64,000 nucleotides of DNA from Ignavibacteriota bacterium (GTDB taxonomy: Bacteria; Bacteroidota; Ignavibacteria; UBA10030; UBA6906): contig CAWDEM010000004.1 in assembly GCA_963801355.1 (NCBI GenBank), positions 1,248,001-1,312,000 of the forward strand, given 5' to 3'. Below are positions 45,978 through 56,102 of the stretch, piece after piece. Both the position numbers and the translations under genes were made by a program. Position 1 is the stretch's first letter. The number at the start of each line of letters is the position of its first letter. The notes under the pieces are model-generated. The model did no database searches. It was not told the DNA's origin and worked only from the letters and a program-made list of their open reading frames with translations.

Positions 45978-47939
45978 ATGGTGGTGCGTCTCCGGGCGAT
46001 GCGATTCTTCTGTGTGGCCTTCCTGGGATTTCTCACTGCCTCCCCCGGCGTTGTGGCTCCCGCTTCCGCGGCGGGCTCTCAGTTTTTCCGCGTTGTCGTC
46101 CTGGGCTCCTCAACGGCGGTCGGATCCGCCGCCAAACCACTGGACAGCTCCTGGGTAAGCAAGTACGACAGGTACCTTGGATGGATCTTTCCTTCCCATG
46201 AGGTTATCAATCTGGCGGTGGGGGGATATACAACATTCAACATCATGCCGACAGGCTTTGCACCACCAAGCCCGTGGAACGTCTCAAAGTACCTTTCTGC
46301 CCCGGGGCATAACATCACAAGGGCACTACAGCTTCAGCCCGACCTCATCATTGTCAATCTCCCCACGAACGACTGTGCAGATTTCATTCCGGTCGACCGG
46401 CAGGTGGCAAATTACGACAGGGTCGTTCAGGAAGGGAACGCAGCAGGTGTTCCCGTCTGGATCACCACCTCCCAACCGCGGCTGCTTGGTGCGACCGCCC
46501 GGACACTTCTCCAGCTGATGAACGATGCGATCTTCAGCCGTTACCGGGCAATCGACTTCTGGTATGGACTGGCAGATGGCAGCGGCCGCATCCTTCCGCA
46601 ATATGACGCCGATGGCGCGCACCTGAACAATGCGGGTCATCAGGTGCTCTTTGACCGGGTCGTCAGCACCGTCCGGCTTCCTATGCCGTTACAGCTCTCA
46701 ACGACGGAACTCCACTTTGGCGACGTGCCCGTTGGTGAGAGAGGCACGCGCACGATCGTGCTGAGAAATGACGGGACCTCCACAATCACCATCGAACGGA
46801 TGTCGACGGGTACGTCGTCATTCGCAGTCAACGTCAATGCTGCCACCGTAGGGCCGGGGGGGTCGCAAACAGTTGACGTCACATTCACACCGGCATCATA
46901 CGGTACGCATACGGATGCCCTTTCGATCCACAACGATTCATTCACACCGGGTCTTCAGGTCGCGCTTTCCGGATTCGCATCCGCCCCGACCGTCGCTGTC
47001 TCGCGTTCACTGCTTGCATTCCCTTCGGTGAGGAAGGGTGGTGTGATCGGTCAGAACGTTATGCTGTACAACCGGGGGACCGTACCGCTGGAGGTCGCCC
47101 AGTTCTACACCAGGACACGTCACTTTCGCGTGCCAACGCCCACTCCTGCAGGAGTGCGCGCAGGAGACAGCCTCACGTTTGAGATCCTCTTTGCACCCGA
47201 TACGACAGGGCATATTCAGGACACCGTCCTCATTGTGACAAACGGTGGTGTCGAAACCGTTGTGGTGTACGGCGAGTCGCCCGCTCCGGTTCTCGTGAGT
47301 TCGGCGCCGTCCCTGGAGTTTGGCAGCGTCGCTATTAGAACGATGCAGTGGCGCTTCCTGACCCTTTGGCTGAACACCCTTGACGACGGCGTCAAAGTGA
47401 GAATCGATTCGGTGCGCCTCGACACGGGCGGATTTGTACTCAGCGGACTTCAGCTCCCTGCGACGCTGACCCGGCTGGACAGTCTTGTGCTCCGCGTCGG
47501 GTTTTCCCCGGTGCGTCAGGCGGCGTACACGGACACTCTGCGTGTGTTCAATAACACACTGTACGAGGTCGTGTGCGTTCCGTTGAACGGAACCGGCAAC
47601 GCTCCAGCGACCGATGTGTCGGCCTCGACGGTACTGCCTGACCGGGCGATGCTCTTTCAAAACTTTCCTAATCCCTTCAATCCGTCAACCACCTTGCGCT
47701 TCGCGGTCCCGTCCGCCCGCCAGTCGTCCGGCGGGAATCCTGATCCATGCCGGGTGAGGCTGGCTGTGTACGACATGTTGGGCCGCGAAGTGGCGGTCGT
47801 TGTGGATGAACTCATGTCGCCGGGGATCTACTCGGTCGAGTTCACCCCGGGCGGCGCCGGCCTGCCCAGCGGTACGTACTACTCCCGCTTATCTGCGGGG
47901 AATGCCAACGATGTCAAGAGGATGATCCTCCTGAGATGA
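45978..47939 (+). CDS. SGNH/GDSL esterase with ASH-type Ig domains and T9SS CTD
   Basis: GSSTAVG, NLAVGG, NLPTND, DGAHLN; three Ig-like repeats; QNFPNPFNP CTD. Confidence 0.85.
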   Translation: MVVRLRAMRFFCVAFLGFLTASPGVVAPASAAGSQFFRVVVLGSSTAVGSAAKPLDSSWVSKYDRYLGWIFPSHEVINLAVGGYTTFNIMPTGFAPPSPWNVSKYLSAPGHNITRALQLQPDLIIVNLPTNDCADFIPVDRQVANYDRVVQEGNAAGVPVWITTSQPRLLGATARTLLQLMNDAIFSRYRAIDFWYGLADGSGRILPQYDADGAHLNNAGHQVLFDRVVSTVRLPMPLQLSTTELHFGDVPVGERGTRTIVLRNDGTSTITIERMSTGTSSFAVNVNAATVGPGGSQTVDVTFTPASYGTHTDALSIHNDSFTPGLQVALSGFASAPTVAVSRSLLAFPSVRKGGVIGQNVMLYNRGTVPLEVAQFYTRTRHFRVPTPTPAGVRAGDSLTFEILFAPDTTGHIQDTVLIVTNGGVETVVVYGESPAPVLVSSAPSLEFGSVAIRTMQWRFLTLWLNTLDDGVKVRIDSVRLDTGGFVLSGLQLPATLTRLDSLVLRVGFSPVRQAAYTDTLRVFNNTLYEVVCVPLNGTGNAPATDVSASTVLPDRAMLFQNFPNPFNPSTTLRFAVPSARQSSGGNPDPCRVRLAVYDMLGREVAVVVDELMSPGIYSVEFTPGGAGLPSGTYYSRLSAGNANDVKRMILLR

Positions 47940-48022
47940 TGCGGGCTGGCACCGTATGGCGTTCTTACGGAGAAATGCCGTATATTCCTCGTGTCGCCAA
48001 TCATTCCCTGTCCGGAAACACC

Positions 48023-50146
48023 ATGAACCGCCCAGCATTGTGTGGTTGCCTCCTGAGTGTTGTCCTCTTCTCTGTCTCCTTGCTTCCCGCCCAATGGGTG
48101 TCACTCGGACCGCCGGGTCCGGTTACTGCTGTTGCCAGGGGAGGGGATGTTCTCTACGCGGGCTCCATCTATGGAGGCGGAGTATTTAGCTCGACGGACA
48201 ACGGCGGTTCCTGGCAGCGACGGTCGGCAGGGCTCGAGAATGCCGATGTCGCGGCGTTGGCTTCCATCGGCACAGACGTGTTTGCCGCTCTGAGTAGAGC
48301 CGGCGTCTTCAGGACCTCGGATGGCGGCGCGAGCTGGCATCCGGCCAGTTCGGGGTTGATTTCTCTTGACGTCCGCTCACTCGTGGCGGTGGGCACGACC
48401 CTCTTCGCAGGGCCAGGGATCTATGGGGCTTTCGTCTCGACGGACAATGGGGAGTTTTGGACCCCTGCCGGAAAGGGGTTTGCGTCAGGAACCGCCACAT
48501 CCTTTCTCAGTGCCGGTGGCCTGCTTCTTGGCAGCTCATCATCAGGCGGTGTGTACGTTTCGAGCGATGGCGGCAAGATATGGACGCAGTCGGACAGCGG
48601 CCTGACCACAAACGCGGTCATCGCTCTTGCAACCGCCGGCCCGGCGATATTCGCCGGCACGTTGAACAAGGGTGTGTTTCGTTCCGTTGACGGCGGGGCG
48701 TTCTGGGTCCCTGTCAATGCCGGCCTGCCAGGCAGCGTCGTCGTTGCACTGGCAGCGGTCACACCGGCAGGAGGGAGCCCGCATCTCATCGCCGCAACGA
48801 TGGGCGGAAGGTTGTCAGTTTCGACCGACAGTGGCACATCGTGGAACGATGTTGATCTTGGACTCGTCAATAGAATGATCGGGTCGCTCACAGTGTCGGG
48901 GCCGGTCGTGTATGCAGGTGTTGGCGACGGCATCATGATGTCCGGTGACGGAGGATTCCATTGGTCGGATCTCAGCGTGGGGCTCACCAATTCCATCATC
49001 AGCGCGGTAGATCCTGGCAATGGCAGGCTGCTCACGGGATCGAAGGAAGGAGGCATTTGCCTTTCGACTGACGGAGGCGCTTCCTGGTTGCGGTATAATG
49101 AAGGTCTCACGTCAGTCCATATCACCTCGCTTACGCGCAACGGTGAGACGGTTTTTGCCGCCACCGACAGCGGGGTGTTTGCCCGCAATGACGGCGATGC
49201 CGCCTGGACAAAGAAAGGCGCGGGGTTGCCGGCGGCGGGAGTCAACGTCGTACGGATGGTCGGGTCGATTCTTTGCAGCGGACCCGGAGGCCGTGGGGTT
49301 TACACCTCCACCAACAACGGAGAGTCGTGGAGTTACGGCCTTGGATCAGTCCGGGATCTTGCCGGCACGATTGTTCAGTCGTTCGGTGGCGATACCTTGT
49401 CTCTGTTTGCCGGCACGAGCGGCAAAGGTGTGTTGGCCTCGTGGGACAAGGGGAAGAATTGGACCCCGTTCAATTCAGGGCTGCTGCCGACGGAAGTCTA
49501 TTCACTGGCCCGGATGGATTCGCTCTGTATTGCCGGCACCAGTGCCGGTCCTTACGTGATCGCAGATTCATGGGAACAGTGGCGTCCATGCACGACAGGG
49601 TTCGGGTCGAACGCAGCCCTCGCCCTTCTCGAAAGCGGGAGAATTCTCATTGCAGGATCCGTTGCCGGTGGTCTGTTTCTATCGACGGACAACGGATCGA
49701 CGTGGACTTCCGCCGGCGCCGGCCTCGGTGTCAGTACTGTGCAAGCTCTTGCCATTGACGGCACGTACGCGTATGCCGGAACGAGAGGAGGAGGCGTCTG
49801 CCGTCGCGCACTGGGCGAGTTGGTAGGATCGCTCGCAGTCGGCGAAGCACTCCCGGTGCCGACGGAATTCCGTCTTGAACAGTGTTATCCGAATCCTTTC
49901 AATCCGGCGACGGTGATCAGGTATCAATTGTCCGTTCCCGGCACGGTACGGCTTGCTGTCTATGATCTGCTTGGTCGGGAAGTTGCAGTGCTGGTGAATG
50001 GCAGACAGGAAGCGGGGACACACGCGGTGACGTTTTCTGCTGCGGGATTGGCAAGCGGTGCGTATACGTACCGGATTGAAGCCTGCGGCGATGGCGCGCA
50101 CGCGGTGCCGTACACCGAAGCAAAGCGAATGATGGTCGTCCGTTGA
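48023..50146 (+). CDS. BNR/Asp-box beta-propeller protein with T9SS CTD
   Basis: Repeated STDNGxSW Asp-boxes; YPNPFNP..VYDLLGREV CTD. Confidence 0.85.
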   Translation: MNRPALCGCLLSVVLFSVSLLPAQWVSLGPPGPVTAVARGGDVLYAGSIYGGGVFSSTDNGGSWQRRSAGLENADVAALASIGTDVFAALSRAGVFRTSDGGASWHPASSGLISLDVRSLVAVGTTLFAGPGIYGAFVSTDNGEFWTPAGKGFASGTATSFLSAGGLLLGSSSSGGVYVSSDGGKIWTQSDSGLTTNAVIALATAGPAIFAGTLNKGVFRSVDGGAFWVPVNAGLPGSVVVALAAVTPAGGSPHLIAATMGGRLSVSTDSGTSWNDVDLGLVNRMIGSLTVSGPVVYAGVGDGIMMSGDGGFHWSDLSVGLTNSIISAVDPGNGRLLTGSKEGGICLSTDGGASWLRYNEGLTSVHITSLTRNGETVFAATDSGVFARNDGDAAWTKKGAGLPAAGVNVVRMVGSILCSGPGGRGVYTSTNNGESWSYGLGSVRDLAGTIVQSFGGDTLSLFAGTSGKGVLASWDKGKNWTPFNSGLLPTEVYSLARMDSLCIAGTSAGPYVIADSWEQWRPCTTGFGSNAALALLESGRILIAGSVAGGLFLSTDNGSTWTSAGAGLGVSTVQALAIDGTYAYAGTRGGGVCRRALGELVGSLAVGEALPVPTEFRLEQCYPNPFNPATVIRYQLSVPGTVRLAVYDLLGREVAVLVNGRQEAGTHAVTFSAAGLASGAYTYRIEACGDGAHAVPYTEAKRMMVVR

Positions 50147-50160
50147 CGGTTCGTGCGGAG

Positions 50161-51087
50161 TTACTGCGTAATGGGGTACGTCACCGTGACGGTGACGGAG
50201 TTGCCGAACACACCGAGGCCGTCAGGGATGTTCGTGAAGTCCGGCTGGTCGAGTCTGATGCTTGATTCGTCGATCGGCCCGTTGTTGACGTAATAGTACT
50301 GGTACAGCACATCGTCGATTTGCGTGAGAATGAATGCCGCGCGGAGCCAGACGATGGGTGCAGCCGGATACTTGACGATGGTTTCGGCGCGCGTCTGGGT
50401 GTACTGAAGCGCATCAAAGTGAATCTGCACAATTTTTTGCGATGCCGCCAGGGCCTGCACGAGGGCCAATGAGGGGTACGTTTTCAGCAGGTTTCCGTCG
50501 GTGTCGTAGCGGCTGCTCAGGGGGACCTCCACGCGATGCAATTCCCATCCTCCCTCCACATACGCATAAAAGTCCAGATAGAAGTGCATGACGAATGCGC
50601 CGGTGAATGTGCCGAATGACGTGTTCAGGGTGATCCGTGCAGCGTCGGTATGATCGAGGATTCTCGGATTACTCAGGGTGAACGCTGGCAGACCGAGGGC
50701 GGTCGTGCTCGCTGTGGCGGCAAGCCCCGAGGGCGTCGCAACCTGAAGGAGATATCTGCTGCCGGGGTGCACCGGTTGGTTGTATGCCACGTAGATGTTG
50801 AGGGGCGTGATCCGCCCTTCCCCGTCGGTGGATGCAATCGTCGTGTCGTGGAACTCAATGGTTTTGCCGTCGTAAAGCATCCGCACCGATGCATCACGAA
50901 TCTCGGGTCCGGGGGGGGCCTCGTACGTCGTCGACACCCGGACATATTGCGTGGTGGATGCAGAGTTCAGAATACTATAGAGCACGAGCTTGCTGTTGAC
51001 CGGTCCATCCGGCTCGAAGGGCTGATTGCATGCCATGAGCATGCAGCAGACGACCGCACTGAGTCCTATGGGGAGGTGCTTCTTCAT
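50161..51087 (-). CDS. DUF4249-like lipoprotein
   Basis: LMAC lipobox; C-terminal FTNI..GLGVFG; follows a TonB receptor. Confidence 0.7.
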   Translation of the reverse strand: MKKHLPIGLSAVVCCMLMACNQPFEPDGPVNSKLVLYSILNSASTTQYVRVSTTYEAPPGPEIRDASVRMLYDGKTIEFHDTTIASTDGEGRITPLNIYVAYNQPVHPGSRYLLQVATPSGLAATASTTALGLPAFTLSNPRILDHTDAARITLNTSFGTFTGAFVMHFYLDFYAYVEGGWELHRVEVPLSSRYDTDGNLLKTYPSLALVQALAASQKIVQIHFDALQYTQTRAETIVKYPAAPIVWLRAAFILTQIDDVLYQYYYVNNGPIDESSIRLDQPDFTNIPDGLGVFGNSVTVTVTYPITQ

Positions 51088-51090
51088 GGC

Positions 51091-53343
51091 CTAGAACTCA
51101 AGAGAAAGGGAGGCGGTGGGGAAGAAGGGAATCATGTAGTCCGTTTTCCCGGTGTTCCGGTCGTAATACAGGATGTTTTTCTGATCTGTAAGATTGATGA
51201 GGCTTGCCCCGATCGTCCCGCGGAACGTGCCGACCGAGAGTGTGTATGTCAACCCTGCATCCCAGCGCTGGTATGCGGGGAGCCGTGCCGCATTTTTCGC
51301 TCCCAGGGAGCGTGACGGTGATCCGGTGCCGCCGGGGAACGGGTCGGTGCCGACGCCGGAGAGGAGGAGCCGGTCATAGAAGCCCGCGTTCTGGGTGAAC
51401 GGATAACCGCTGCCGTAGTCCCACCGTAACGTGAGCTCAAGCCCGTCCACAACATGAAAGGTCGTCACTGCTTTTACTGTATGCCTGCGGTCGTACCGTG
51501 GGGCATAGGTCACATCGTTCGCACTCACAGTAACGTCGGAGAGCGCATACGAAGCAAAGACGTCCACCAGCGGAGAAGCAAATCGTACGAGAGCTTCCAC
51601 GCCGCGCGCAAGCCCCGTGCCATTGATATAGTCCGGGTCCTCAGCATACACTTTGCGCGCATTGTACAGTGTGAGGGACCTGTAGTCCTTTGTGTATGCC
51701 TGGAGGCTGAGCGCCAGGGAAGGAAGAATGTTTCCCTCCAGGCCCAGGACATAGTGGCGTGCTTCTTCGGGGCGCAGGTCTTCGGGCAAGAATATCCACG
51801 CGTCGAACAGGGAGATCAAATCATCCTCGTTGGTAATCGTGATGAGGTCTTGCGTGAACACGCCGAATGATGCCTTGGTGGTCCAGGTCCGCCCCAGGTC
51901 GTACGAAACAGTGATCCGGGGCTGGAGTCCTTGTCGAAGGAGACCGCCGCCGACCATCGACAGCACGTCAGCGTGTAGACCGAGGTCGTACCCCAGGTCT
52001 CCCCATTTCCCCTGATACCGGACCCATGCGTACCAATCGACCTGGCTATCCTTGAATTCGTTCGGGTAGACGCTGTTCGTAAAGAGAGAATCATCGACGG
52101 AAGGGAAGTTGATTTCGAACCCTTCGAAAAAAGTGTTTTGATTCTCCATGAATGACGTCAGCTCCACTTTGAGTCCGAGCTCTTCAAGTCTCGACGAAGC
52201 GGGTGTGACCGACGCCGCCTGTTTTGGTTCCCGTGTGTTTTCGGCGTACGAGTACGTCACGGTGGCATCGAAGTAGGTCCTGTCGTCGGCCACGCCGGAC
52301 AGAACTGCGGAGAGCGCAGCATTGCGCCAGGAGTGGTTGGGTTGGTCGGGGGCGATGGGTTTGACGTCGTCACCGCTGGTATAGCCCCGGATACCGATTC
52401 TGCCGGTGGAGGTGCCGATCGTGCCTTTGAAAAAGAGATCATAGAAGGAGAGCGGTGCAGGATTTGGCACGAGGCGGTCGATGGCATGGCTGAACAGCGA
52501 TGTGCGTCCGCTGATAAGCCAGGAGTTTTCCTCGGAGAATGGCCCGTCGAGCTCAAGCTTTCCGGAGAGGAAGTTGATGCTCGCATTCCCCGTGATTCTT
52601 GAGAGATTCCCTTCCTTTGTCGTGACATTCACAATCGAGGACAGGCGCCCTCCGTAGCCGGCGGGGAACGCGCCCGTATATACTTCGGCCGAGCGGACGA
52701 TGTCGGGGTCGAGGATGCTGAACAATCCAAAGGCATGAAACGGGTTATAGATCTTCATGCCGTCAAGCAGTATGAGGTTCTGGTCGCCGGCTCCCCCCCG
52801 AACGAAGAATTTCGCGCTGACATCTGATGTTGAAGTGATGCCGGGGAGCATTTGCAGCGATCGCAGGAGATCACTTTGAGCAATGGCAGGAAGGCTCTGG
52901 ATCTCCTTCGGCGTCATCACGTGGACGCTCGCGCTCCGTTCGGTGAGCGGCGAGAGGCCTCCGGCCCGGACGATCACTTCACCTGTTTGAATGACTCGTT
53001 CGGTGAGCTTCAGATTGATTGTGATCGGTTCGGTCCCGATCACCTTGACCGGGACACTACGTCGTTCGTAGCCAACCGCGCTGACGACCATCTCGTAGGT
53101 TCCCGTGGGGACACTGGTCATGATGTAGAAACCACTGTTGTTGGTCGTCGCTCCCCGACGTGTTCCCATGAGCGTGAGGTTCACGCCGAGAAGCCGTTCT
53201 CCAGTGGCGCTGTCGGAGACGACGCCACGGATATCTGCAGCGAGGTCTGGTCCCTCAACACCCCGTGAAAGGGTCTGAGATAAGAGCCCCTCTGATGGAG
53301 CGGCCAGCAGCATGAGGAGAGTAAGGCAACAGATGCGGTTCAC
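51091..53343 (-). CDS. TonB-dependent receptor
   Basis: LQMLPGI, VRGG..DQNLILLDG, GAFPAGYGGRLSS motifs; terminal Phe. Confidence 0.9.
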   Translation of the reverse strand: MNRICCLTLLMLLAAPSEGLLSQTLSRGVEGPDLAADIRGVVSDSATGERLLGVNLTLMGTRRGATTNNSGFYIMTSVPTGTYEMVVSAVGYERRSVPVKVIGTEPITINLKLTERVIQTGEVIVRAGGLSPLTERSASVHVMTPKEIQSLPAIAQSDLLRSLQMLPGITSTSDVSAKFFVRGGAGDQNLILLDGMKIYNPFHAFGLFSILDPDIVRSAEVYTGAFPAGYGGRLSSIVNVTTKEGNLSRITGNASINFLSGKLELDGPFSEENSWLISGRTSLFSHAIDRLVPNPAPLSFYDLFFKGTIGTSTGRIGIRGYTSGDDVKPIAPDQPNHSWRNAALSAVLSGVADDRTYFDATVTYSYAENTREPKQAASVTPASSRLEELGLKVELTSFMENQNTFFEGFEINFPSVDDSLFTNSVYPNEFKDSQVDWYAWVRYQGKWGDLGYDLGLHADVLSMVGGGLLRQGLQPRITVSYDLGRTWTTKASFGVFTQDLITITNEDDLISLFDAWIFLPEDLRPEEARHYVLGLEGNILPSLALSLQAYTKDYRSLTLYNARKVYAEDPDYINGTGLARGVEALVRFASPLVDVFASYALSDVTVSANDVTYAPRYDRRHTVKAVTTFHVVDGLELTLRWDYGSGYPFTQNAGFYDRLLLSGVGTDPFPGGTGSPSRSLGAKNAARLPAYQRWDAGLTYTLSVGTFRGTIGASLINLTDQKNILYYDRNTGKTDYMIPFFPTASLSLEF

Positions 53344-53439
53344 GAGATGTGCACCCTGCCGGACACATGACCGGGCATTACGACGGGCATTGGAATTTCC
53401 GCACCTGTGTGATGGTAAGGATTCGGTGGGGTCGAGGTG

Positions 53440-53512
53440 TAGCCTTAACGGGAATCGAACCCGTATTTCGGCCTTGAGAGGGCCGCGTCCTAGACCGTTA
53501 GACGATAAGGCC
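53440..53512 (-). tRNA. tRNA-Glu(CTC)
   Basis: Cloverleaf GGCCTTA...CGGCC-CTCTCAA-GGCCG...GGTTCGATTCC...TAAGGCTA; CCA not encoded. Confidence 0.95.
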
Positions 53513-53522
53513 GGAACAATCG

Positions 53523-53593
53523 CTGCCCCGCAAGGATTCGAACCTCGATAAGCAGATCCAGAGTCTGCTGTCTTGCCATTAGACGACGGGGCA
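53523..53593 (-). tRNA. tRNA-Gln(CTG)
   Basis: Cloverleaf TGCCCCG...GCAGA-CTCTGGA-TCTGC...GGTTCGAATCC...CGGGGCAG. Confidence 0.95.
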
Positions 53594-53611
53594 AACTTTC
53601 AAAGCGGAGTT

Positions 53612-53640
53612 AATTTACGCAATTCCCTCGAAAGTGTCAA
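53612..53640 (-). promoter_or_regulatory. Sigma70 promoter of the tRNA pair
   Basis: TTGACA-17 nt-TAAATT on minus strand. Confidence 0.7.
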
Positions 53641-53651
53641 CGAATGGAGGT

Positions 53652-53681
53652 TCATGCGGTCTCAGCTCATGCGGTCTCAGC
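53652..53681. repeat. Perfect 15-bp tandem duplication
   Basis: TCATGCGGTCTCAGC x2. Confidence 0.9.
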
Positions 53682-53690
53682 GTGGATTCC

Positions 53691-53719
53691 TTGACTTTCC
53701 AGTTGGTTTACCCTATGTT
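53691..53719 (+). promoter_or_regulatory. Sigma70-like promoter of the OmpA-family gene
   Basis: TTGACT-17 nt-TATGTT. Confidence 0.6.
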
Positions 53720-53757
53720 CATATGATCTAGTTCATACTATGCCAGGGAGGTTGGCC

Positions 53758-55299
53758 ATGGACAGGCTGTTTTCCACAATCCTTGTCATGAGCCTCTGTG
53801 CTCTCATGCTCTCGGGGAGCGCGGTTGCGCAAAACACTGATGGACGCTGGGCGATCGGGGTTCTGGGCGGCTTCAATACCTGGGCGAGTGACCTTAACGT
53901 TCAGAAATTCGGGCCGGGCGGCACGCTGAGTATTCGCTACGGCCTCACTCCGGTCTTCTCCCTCGGGTTGTCCGGCGGGTTGGATGTGCTCAAAACCTTC
54001 CAGGATGGCCCCTTGCCCGGATTGCCCTACTCCTACCTCCATGTTGATGCATATCCAATCTCCCTCTCGGGATATATACGGTTTGCTCCCTCAGCCAAGG
54101 TTTCCCCCTATGTTCGTTTCGGCGGCGGGATGATGCTGTACGACCGGAAGACTGCAAATGGAGTGCCGGCACCCGATGATCAGCAGCAATCGACATATAT
54201 CATCCCCGTCGGCCTGGGCATCGAAGCATTCACGTCAAGCAGCTTTGCCTTCGACTTTGATCTCGGCGCGATGAACTTCACTGACGCGATGGATCTGAGG
54301 GAAAACTCTTCCCCCGATTTCGGCCTTTCCGCCAAAGTCGGCTTCCACTGGTTCCCCGGCAGGAGCGATGGCGACGATGACGACAAAGACGGTCTGACCA
54401 ACGGTCAGGAACGCAGGATGGGCACAAACCCCCTCCACCCCGACACCGACGGCGATGGCCTGTTTGACGGTGACGAGGTTCAGAAGTTTCGCACGAACCC
54501 GCTACGGGCGGACACGGACGGCGACGGGTTGACCGATGGTGATGAAACCACCAAGTTCCATACCGATCCGACAAGGTACGACACCGATGGCGACGGGCTT
54601 GCCGACGGAGATGAGGTAACGAAGCACCATACCGACCCGCTGAAACCTGACACCGACGGTGACGGCCTGACCGACGGCGATGAAGTGCTCAGATATCATA
54701 CCGACCCTCTCAAAGTCGATACCGACGGCGATGGTCTTTCCGACCGCGATGAAGTCAGGGTACATCGTACAGATCCGCTGAATCCGGACAGTGACGGCGA
54801 CGGGATCGTGGATGGGGAAGAAGTCGCGAAGTATCACACCGATCCGCTGAAGGCCGACACGGACGGCGGAGGCCTGATCGATGGGGCGGAAATCATCCGC
54901 GGAACAAACCCCCTGGACCCCAAGGATGACATCATGAAGGAGACGATCATCCTCGAGCGCGGCAGGGCGGTAGTCCTTCCGGGGATCACATTCCTGAGCG
55001 GCAGCGCGACACTGACGAGGGATTCGGAAGATATGCTGGAGCGGGCCTACGCCGCCCTCGTCACAAACTCCGAGTTGAAGGTCGAAATTGCCGGGTACAC
55101 GGACAATGTCGGTTCCCGGATTAGCAATGAGCAGCTTTCAAGCCGGCGCGCTGAGTCGGTCCGCATGTGGCTGATTGCCAAGGGCATTCCCAGCGGCAGG
55201 CTCACGGCGAAGGGATATGGCATCCGCAATCCCGTCGCGTCAAACAATACGCCTGAAGGCCGGGCCCGGAACCGGCGCATCGAATTCCACGTCAAGTAA
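53758..55299 (+). CDS. OmpA-family protein: beta-barrel, Ca-binding TSP3-like repeats, OmpA_C domain
   Basis: Signal peptide; DTDGDGL repeats; GYTDNVG, LSSRRA, NRRIEF motifs. Confidence 0.9.
   Translation: MDRLFSTILVMSLCALMLSGSAVAQNTDGRWAIGVLGGFNTWASDLNVQKFGPGGTLSIRYGLTPVFSLGLSGGLDVLKTFQDGPLPGLPYSYLHVDAYPISLSGYIRFAPSAKVSPYVRFGGGMMLYDRKTANGVPAPDDQQQSTYIIPVGLGIEAFTSSSFAFDFDLGAMNFTDAMDLRENSSPDFGLSAKVGFHWFPGRSDGDDDDKDGLTNGQERRMGTNPLHPDTDGDGLFDGDEVQKFRTNPLRADTDGDGLTDGDETTKFHTDPTRYDTDGDGLADGDEVTKHHTDPLKPDTDGDGLTDGDEVLRYHTDPLKVDTDGDGLSDRDEVRVHRTDPLNPDSDGDGIVDGEEVAKYHTDPLKADTDGGGLIDGAEIIRGTNPLDPKDDIMKETIILERGRAVVLPGITFLSGSATLTRDSEDMLERAYAALVTNSELKVEIAGYTDNVGSRISNEQLSSRRAESVRMWLIAKGIPSGRLTAKGYGIRNPVASNNTPEGRARNRRIEFHVK
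54376..54930 (+). repeat. Eight intragenic ~69-bp (23-aa) repeats
   Basis: DTDGDGLxDGDEVxxxxTDPLxx units. Confidence 0.85.
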
Positions 55300-55313
55300 A
55301 CCCTGCAACGTTT

Positions 55314-55361
55314 GCTCCTCCGTCCGGCCGACTCACAACGGACGGGGGAGCGTTGTTTTTT
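55314..55361 (+). terminator. Intrinsic terminator after the OmpA gene
   Basis: GCTCCTCCGTCCG...CGGACGGGGGAGC stem followed by T-rich tract. Confidence 0.7.
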
Positions 55362-55388
55362 GACTTTCTGCCTCCCTTTTGGTACTTT
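55360..55388 (+). promoter_or_regulatory. Sigma70-like promoter of the psd operon
   Basis: TTGACT-17 nt-TACTTT. Confidence 0.55.
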
Positions 55389-55438
55389 ACCATGATGAAA
55401 TGCTTCGCAAATGCTGTTGTTCAACAGGGCCCTCCCCG

Positions 55439-56098
55439 GTGATAACACGCTACGGCTACGATGTGGTCGGCGTGGTTGTGGTTTTGTGTCTCGTTGGTTT
55501 CCTGATTTCCTGGTTCCTCCTTGACGCTCGCGCCATGAAGGGTTCTGTGGCGGTTGTGTCACTTATTGTACTCGTATTCACGCTCTTCTTCTTCCGGGAC
55601 CCTGAGAGAACCGCCCCGGAAGGATCCGATCTGGTTGTCGCCCCCGCAGATGGCAAAGTGTTGTTTGTGCGGGATGTGACCGACGATGAGTACCTGCACG
55701 GAGCCGCAATCCAGGTCAGCATATTCATGTCTCCGCTCAATGTTCACGTCAATCGATTCCCGGTTTCCGGCACTGTGGAATACTTCCGGCACTTTCCGGG
55801 AGAGCATATGGTGGCATTTGACGAAAAGGCCTCTGTGCGAAATGAACGCACGCATATTGGTATCGCACATCCACGCGGGCACGTGCTCTTCAAGCAAATT
55901 GCCGGATTTGTCGCCCGCCGGATAGTCGCGGAGGTGCACGAAGGCGATACGGCGGTGGCCGGGGCCCGGTTCGGTATGATCAAGTTCGGTTCGCGCGTTG
56001 ACGTCATTCTTCCGCGGTCGGTCTCCGTACGCGTCAAGGCCGGGGACAGGACCGTGGCGGGAGAGACGGTGCTTGCTCATTTTTCCACAGCCGGATAG
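55439..56098 (+). CDS. psd: Phosphatidylserine decarboxylase
   Basis: FFRDPER, APADGKV, IFMSPLNVHVNR, FGSRVD cleavage motif. Confidence 0.93.
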   Translation: MITRYGYDVVGVVVVLCLVGFLISWFLLDARAMKGSVAVVSLIVLVFTLFFFRDPERTAPEGSDLVVAPADGKVLFVRDVTDDEYLHGAAIQVSIFMSPLNVHVNRFPVSGTVEYFRHFPGEHMVAFDEKASVRNERTHIGIAHPRGHVLFKQIAGFVARRIVAEVHEGDTAVAGARFGMIKFGSRVDVILPRSVSVRVKAGDRTVAGETVLAHFSTAG

Positions 56099-56102
56099 GC
56101 CA

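Noticed and set aside
53343-53600. tRNA pair as an integration site for a genomic island
   Set aside because: No integrase, and no duplicated tRNA 3' end noticed in the window
54376-54930. Regularly spaced ~69-bp repeats resembling a CRISPR array
   Set aside because: In-frame coding repeats with synonymous variation inside the OmpA gene; no cas genes
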